Position numbers and translations under genes: made by a program. From Acidobacteriota bacterium (GTDB taxonomy: Bacteria; Acidobacteriota; UBA6911; RPQK01; JAJDTT01), in NCBI GenBank assembly GCA_965263035.1, contig OZ253580.1, positions 640,001-704,000 on the forward strand: a stretch of 64,000 bases of DNA. The letters are read 5' to 3'. Within the stretch, counting starts at the first letter, position 1. Every line of letters starts with the position of its first letter. The notes under the pieces are model-generated. The model saw nothing but the letters and a program-made list of their open reading frames with translations. It was not told the origin of the DNA and made no database searches. Shown here piece after piece: positions 57,319 to 64,000 of this stretch.

Positions 57319-58050
57319 TCAAGAATAACTTTGAATCGTGGGCGTGACGACGATTTCGGGAACGCAGGCGCGTGGCGGAAGCCCGGCCACCAGCAAGGCG
57401 CACGCCGCCACGTCCTCGGATCGGAGAATCCGCTCTCTCCACTCGCGGGGAACCGGCTCCGGGCGGACGTCCAGAATGGGGGTATCCACCTCGCCGGGAA
57501 GGATCACGGTGGAGCGGATCCCGTTGACCCCTTCCTCCCGGTTTGTGGAGTGGGTCAGTCCCACCATCCCATGCTTGGAGGCCACGTAGGCCACTCCCGC
57601 CACTTTGCTGGCCCGCTTCCCGGCGATGGAAGAGACGTTGATGATGACGCCCCCGCCCAGCTCCCGCATGCCGGGCAGGACGGCGCGGATGCAGTTGAAG
57701 GCGCCGGTCAGGTTCACGGCCAGGACATGGTCCCAATCCGAAGGTTCGATATGCGCCAGATCCCTCACCACCGTGTTGATCCCGGCGTTGTTCACCAGCA
57801 GACTCGCCACTCCCAACCGCTCCCGGATCCGCGCGAAAACGCCGTCGACCTGATTTCGGGAGGAGACGTCGCAAGCACAGGTCAAGACCCGGTCTCGAGG
57901 CAACTGAGCCGCCACCTCCCGAAGTGGTTCTTGCCGGCGCCCGAGCAGAGCCACTGCGGCGCCCTCGCGAGAGAACGTCTCGGCCACGGCCCGGCCGATG
58001 CCCGTACCCGCCCCGGTGACCACCGCCACCTGATTTTCCAGAACACTCAT
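57319..58050 (-). CDS. SDR family oxidoreductase
   Basis: TGAGTGIG, NNAG, YVASK, PGEVDT. Confidence 0.92.
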   Translation of the reverse strand: MSVLENQVAVVTGAGTGIGRAVAETFSREGAAVALLGRRQEPLREVAAQLPRDRVLTCACDVSSRNQVDGVFARIRERLGVASLLVNNAGINTVVRDLAHIEPSDWDHVLAVNLTGAFNCIRAVLPGMRELGGGVIINVSSIAGKRASKVAGVAYVASKHGMVGLTHSTNREEGVNGIRSTVILPGEVDTPILDVRPEPVPREWRERILRSEDVAACALLVAGLPPRACVPEIVVTPTIQSYS

Positions 58051-58167
58051 GGACCGTCTCCCTTAGCTGATCCCAATACCATCACCACTTCGCGAAAATA
58101 CATTTTTCTCATGGTTTCTTCTTGCAGTCCTGCCATCCGCACCCTAACCTCGGGGTGGAGGATAACC

Positions 58168-59709
58168 TTGAAAAAGCTCTCAACCAAGTTCTTGCTTCGA
58201 GTCTCTTTCCTGCTGGCGGGCGTGGCTTGCTGGTTTTTCCTGCAGCATCCGGCCACGACCCTCTCCTCGCACGATCAGGGGCCCGACCCGGACGAGCGCT
58301 TCGTCCTGGAGACGGGCCAGCCCGTGGGTGAGCTCTCGTTCGAGGTTCTGGAGGACAAGACCGGAATCCATCTGCCCTCCCGGCTCTACTTCGCCCACGC
58401 CGACGGCCGGCCGGAATCGCCTGTGGTCGGACGCTTCAAGAACTTCCTGGTGACGGCTTCCGGCCGGGAATTGAAGACCATTCCGGTGGGCCGGTACGAT
58501 GTTTACGTGAGCCGCGGAATCGAATACACCCTGGACCATCAGGAGGTGGAGATCCTGGAAGGGACACGGAGCCACTTCACCTCCACGCTGTCGCGGGCCA
58601 TCGACACCAGCGGCTTCATCTCGTCCGACTTCCACCTGCATCTCCAGTTCGCCATGCGGGACGGCGCCATCGTGTCGGCCGCGGCCGGACTGGACCTGCT
58701 CACCGCGACCGATCACAACATCCTCAAGGATTACTCTCCCTACATCGAGCAACTGAACCTGGGCCGCTTCATGTCCTCGGTGGTGGGGTCTGAGATTGAC
58801 ACGGTATTCGGCCACTTCAACAGCTTTCCCATGTCGCTGAACCGGTGGCAGGAACGTTCATATCGCCACTCCATTCGCACTCCGGGAGAATTCCTCCGGC
58901 TGATGCGGCGGAACCCGGGCGACGAGATCGTCCAGATCAATCATCCCCGGTACGATGCGTCCAAGGGAGGCTACTTCAACACGCGGCTCAACCGGGACAC
59001 CGGGGAGATCGAGTATCCCTTCTTCGAAACCGGTTTCGACCAGATCGAGGTTTACAACGCCCTGACCGTGGTTGAGGACGGGGAAAATCCTCAATTCGGC
59101 CGGAACCACAAGCTGGACCAGAATCTGAAGGATTGGTACAGCCTGCTCAACCGGGGGATCGCCATCACCGGCGTGGGCAACACCGATGCCCACCGGTACC
59201 CCAGCGAGTTGCCCGGATACCCTCGCAACTACGTCCTGTCGGACACGGACAATCCCTGGGAGATCGATCCTTACAAGGTGGTCGACGCGTTGAAGCGGGG
59301 CGCGTCATCCGCTTCGCTGGGTCCCTTCATCCGCTTCACCATCGACGACGGCGTCCAGATGGGCTCCACCCACACCGCCAGAGACGGGTCGGTGATGCTG
59401 CACGTCAACGTCCAGAGGGCTCCCTGGATTCCGCTGGACCGGGTGGAGATCGTGGCCAACGGCAAGGTGCTCAAGACGCTCTCGACCCTCGAGGCGACGG
59501 AGGACACCCGACACCATTGGGACATCGAGGTCAAAGCCGACCAGGACACCTGGATTCTGGTGCTGGCCACCTCCGACCGCCCCTGGGAGACGCCCTTCTC
59601 CCATTTCACCTCGTTCGCCTTCACCAATCCCATCTGGGTGGATTTCGACGGGAACGGCTATTTCGACCCTCCCAATCCCGGCTATCCCGCGAACGAGACC
59701 TCTGAGTAG
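58168..59709 (+). CDS. Secreted CehA/McbA-type PHP-like metallohydrolase
   Basis: TTG start after GGAG; SRGIEY, SSDFHLH, TDHN, GHFN, INHPR, GNTDAH, AFTNPIWVD. Confidence 0.75.
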   Translation: MKKLSTKFLLRVSFLLAGVACWFFLQHPATTLSSHDQGPDPDERFVLETGQPVGELSFEVLEDKTGIHLPSRLYFAHADGRPESPVVGRFKNFLVTASGRELKTIPVGRYDVYVSRGIEYTLDHQEVEILEGTRSHFTSTLSRAIDTSGFISSDFHLHLQFAMRDGAIVSAAAGLDLLTATDHNILKDYSPYIEQLNLGRFMSSVVGSEIDTVFGHFNSFPMSLNRWQERSYRHSIRTPGEFLRLMRRNPGDEIVQINHPRYDASKGGYFNTRLNRDTGEIEYPFFETGFDQIEVYNALTVVEDGENPQFGRNHKLDQNLKDWYSLLNRGIAITGVGNTDAHRYPSELPGYPRNYVLSDTDNPWEIDPYKVVDALKRGASSASLGPFIRFTIDDGVQMGSTHTARDGSVMLHVNVQRAPWIPLDRVEIVANGKVLKTLSTLEATEDTRHHWDIEVKADQDTWILVLATSDRPWETPFSHFTSFAFTNPIWVDFDGNGYFDPPNPGYPANETSE

Positions 59710-59792
59710 GGCTATCGAACCGGGTCCGTCCGGATCGGTATTTTGGAGCCATTGACGCGGTTTGGTGTTGGGCGGTCCGGGAGCAGCTTCGC

Positions 59793-61235
59793 CTACTCTG
59801 AATTGTCGGTTGCGATGCGGTTGGACAGGTCGTCCGCGATCTTCTGCGCTTCGGATACTTGATCGGGGGACATCTTCGGGCTGAGCCAAGCCTTGGTCCT
59901 GTTCGCGGCTTCGTTTCCTTGCGACGCAGCCAGAATAATCCAGGCGAAGGCTCTCACGTTGTCCTCCGGCACCCCCCAACCGTTGGCGTACATGACTCCA
60001 AGATTATTTTGGGCGCGGGCCTCTCCCTGCCCGGCGGCTTTCCGGTACCACGTCACGGCTTCGCGATCATCCTCCGGCACCCCCCAACCATTGGCGTACC
60101 TGAAGCCGAGGTTGTATTGAGCGTTGGCGTCTCCCCGCTCGGCGGCCCTTCGATACCATTTCAACGCCTCGCCGGCGTCCGCTCGCACTCCTCGACCATC
60201 GGCGTACATATCACCCAAACTGAATTGAGCGCCGGCTTCCCCCTGTTCCGCGGCCTTCAGATACCACTTCGCGGCTTCGCCAACGTCCGCCGGCACGCCC
60301 CGACCCGCGGCGTACATGTCACCCAGGTTGAACTGGGCTCCGGGGTCTCCCTGCTCGGCGGCCTTCAGATACCACTTCATGGCTTCCTCGTCGTCCTTCG
60401 ATACCCCGCGACCGCTGGCGTACATGACGCCGAGGTTGTTCTGAGCGCGGGACTCTCCCTGCTCGGCGGAGTTCCGATACCACTTCAAAGCCTCGGCGGC
60501 ATCCTCCGCAACCCCCTGACCATCCGAGTACATGTCGCCCAGAAACAACTGTGCGCGGGCGTGTCCCTGCCCGGCGGCGAGCAAGTACCACTTCGCGGCC
60601 TCGGCGGCGTCCTCCGGCACCCCCCAACCGTTGGCGTACCGGAATCCAAGGTTGTATTGAGCCCGGGCGTCTCCCTGCTCCGCCGCCTTCAGATACCACT
60701 TCACAGCCTCGGCGGCGTCCTTCGTTACGCCCCGGCCGATGACGTACATCAGGCCCAGGTTGTATTGAGCGCGGGCATGCCCCTGCTCGGCGGCCTTCCG
60801 ATACCATTTCGCGGCCTCGGCGGCGTCCCTCGGCACGCCCTGACCGTTGGCGTACCGGACTCCAATGTTGTACTGGGCGCGGGCGTCTCCCTGTTCGGCA
60901 GCCCTCAGGTACCACTTCGCGGCCTCGGCGGGATCCCTTGGCACCCCCCGGCCGGTGACGTACATGACGCCAAGATTGTATTGAGCGAGAGCGTCACCCT
61001 GCTCCGCGGCCTTCCGATACCACTTCGCAGCCTCCTCAGGGTCTCTCGGCACGCCCCGGCCGGTGGCGTACCTGAAGCCCAGGTTGAACTGAGCGCTGAC
61101 GTCTCCCTCTTCAGCAGCCTTGCGCACCTCTTCGACGTCCTGGGCCCGGGGGGATCCGAGTTGAAACACAGCCAGAACGGCAAGAGAAACGAGCCAGAGC
61201 GTAACTTGGCGCGGGCGGATACGATGCTGCGTCAT
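59793..61235 (-). CDS. Secreted Sel1-repeat protein (11 x 36-aa repeats)
   Basis: Signal peptide then AEQGDARAQYNLG.MY..G.GV..D..EA.KWY.KA repeats. Confidence 0.95.
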   Translation of the reverse strand: MTQHRIRPRQVTLWLVSLAVLAVFQLGSPRAQDVEEVRKAAEEGDVSAQFNLGFRYATGRGVPRDPEEAAKWYRKAAEQGDALAQYNLGVMYVTGRGVPRDPAEAAKWYLRAAEQGDARAQYNIGVRYANGQGVPRDAAEAAKWYRKAAEQGHARAQYNLGLMYVIGRGVTKDAAEAVKWYLKAAEQGDARAQYNLGFRYANGWGVPEDAAEAAKWYLLAAGQGHARAQLFLGDMYSDGQGVAEDAAEALKWYRNSAEQGESRAQNNLGVMYASGRGVSKDDEEAMKWYLKAAEQGDPGAQFNLGDMYAAGRGVPADVGEAAKWYLKAAEQGEAGAQFSLGDMYADGRGVRADAGEALKWYRRAAERGDANAQYNLGFRYANGWGVPEDDREAVTWYRKAAGQGEARAQNNLGVMYANGWGVPEDNVRAFAWIILAASQGNEAANRTKAWLSPKMSPDQVSEAQKIADDLSNRIATDNSE

Positions 61236-61457
61236 CGTGGGCTCCAAATATACCGGAATTCAGCCCGTTTTTCCGAGGGGCGCCGCCCCCTGGTCAATCC
61301 AGAATAGCCGCGACGCAATGGGGGAACATCAAGGAGCCTGGAAGTCAAAATGAACGCGACTGACGCAACCCCTCGTATCGGTCCATCGTCACCCTGAGTC
61401 CCCCCCGTCTCACACCTTTCGGGGTCCTGCCGGTCACGGCGCAGATTCATGGGAAGG

Positions 61458-62150
61458 TCACCTGGACCGCATTTCCGCCGGCACCGATTCCCGGTTGCGC
61501 CGCCACTCGATCTGGAGTCCGCATCGGGCACAGAGCGCATTCTTCCACATTCGGCGGTGGAGCCGCCGGCGGAACCATCGTTGCCCGCAACCGCACGTGC
61601 CCACCCATTGGGGAACGCTGTGAGTGACCTCGTGACAGCGTTCTCCACTGCAGCCGATCTCCCGAGCCTTGGCCTTCCAGACGGTGTCGTGATGGTGACC
61701 TTGACCGACGATGGCGTGAGCGATCTCGTGGAGCAGAGTGTCCTCGATCTGGGTCCGTGTTGCCCGGAGGCAGTAGCTCACGGAGAGTTCGATTCTCTTT
61801 CGGACGTACCGGCAGATTCCCGCACGCACGGGAGAAAGGTCGAATCCGAAGGTCCAGCCGGCATCCAGGCCGCCGACCCGCCGGTGGCGTTCCAGCAGCT
61901 TCTGGGCGCGGTCCTCGACCTCCCGGAGTGTAAACTCTGCTGCCCGGGCCCGCTCGATGACGGTCACGGCCCCGTAGGGGACCCTCCAGCGGGTGCCGTC
62001 CATTGCCGCGACGACGGCATACCGGAGTCTCAATCCGGTGACGGCGCCCTCGATCCACCCTTCGGCGGATGGAAAACGCACGCGACTTCCCGGGGGACAG
62101 GCGGCCCCGGGAAAATCGGCTGAGATCACGGTCTTGTAACGCGGGATCAT
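61458..62150 (-). CDS. SprT-like zinc metalloprotease domain protein
   Basis: RAGIC, TLLHEIAHA, HHHDTVWK, C-terminal CxC...CxxC. Confidence 0.8.
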   Translation of the reverse strand: MIPRYKTVISADFPGAACPPGSRVRFPSAEGWIEGAVTGLRLRYAVVAAMDGTRWRVPYGAVTVIERARAAEFTLREVEDRAQKLLERHRRVGGLDAGWTFGFDLSPVRAGICRYVRKRIELSVSYCLRATRTQIEDTLLHEIAHAIVGQGHHHDTVWKAKAREIGCSGERCHEVTHSVPQWVGTCGCGQRWFRRRLHRRMWKNALCARCGLQIEWRRNRESVPAEMRSR

Positions 62151-62344
62151 GGGGCAGAGGTCGAAAGATCCTCCTCGTCCTCCAGGTGAACGGGGGTGTC
62201 AGCCGGTCCCGGAGTCGCATTCATGATGCCACAGACGACTGCTAAATCGAGGTTATCGGGTTGACGCCGGCGGTGGTCTCTTGAAAGCGCCCCGTTGCTC
62301 CGATAACATGATCGGTTGAGTCCCGGCTTGCGGGCCCGAGACCA

Positions 62345-64000
<1,656 letters not shown>

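Noticed and set aside
57217-58167. N-terminal extension giving an 830-aa hydrolase
   Set aside because: Overlaps the SDR gene on the opposite strand; RBS and signal-like segment point to TTG 58168.
59859-61307. Long + strand ORF and 108-bp periodicity suggesting a repeat array or CRISPR
   Set aside because: Antisense shadow of the Sel1 gene; the period is the 36-aa repeat, with no constant repeat/unique spacer pattern and no cas genes.

Overview
GC-rich bacterial window; the secreted TPR-like, Sel1-repeat and CehA/McbA-type genes suggest an Acidobacteria-like host (inference only). 0.6-6.8 kb: an AddB/AddA-like nuclease-helicase pair. 6.9-18.4 kb: metabolic genes, an orphan FitA-like antitoxin with a decayed PIN toxin, and a diverged duplicate of a GHL10 + class-V aminotransferase module whose second copy is inactivated, with a truncated IS1182, an IS110 and small cargo genes between the copies. 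18.7-40.6 kb: a BREX type-1-like island (brxA-like, brxB, frameshifted brxC, pglX split by a 109-bp MITE, pglZ, brxL) with two cargo slots holding a HEPN-motif protein, a decayed DUF4258/YgiT pair, a PHP-ATPase (Ppl/TrlF-like) and a Schlafen/AlbA_2 protein; both slots contain decayed copies of the 3' end of the preceding core gene. Right after brxL is a 643-nt ORF-less group II intron inserted into a GTAG-type REP hairpin, with a candidate EBS1 matching that REP. 41.4-64 kb: RND efflux operon, metallohydrolases, aldolase cluster, two further MITE types, a Sel1-repeat protein, a SprT-like protein, and a TPP riboswitch ahead of thiC. No CRISPR array, rRNA, tRNA or integrase was recognised. All family calls are from motif recognition by eye, not database searches.
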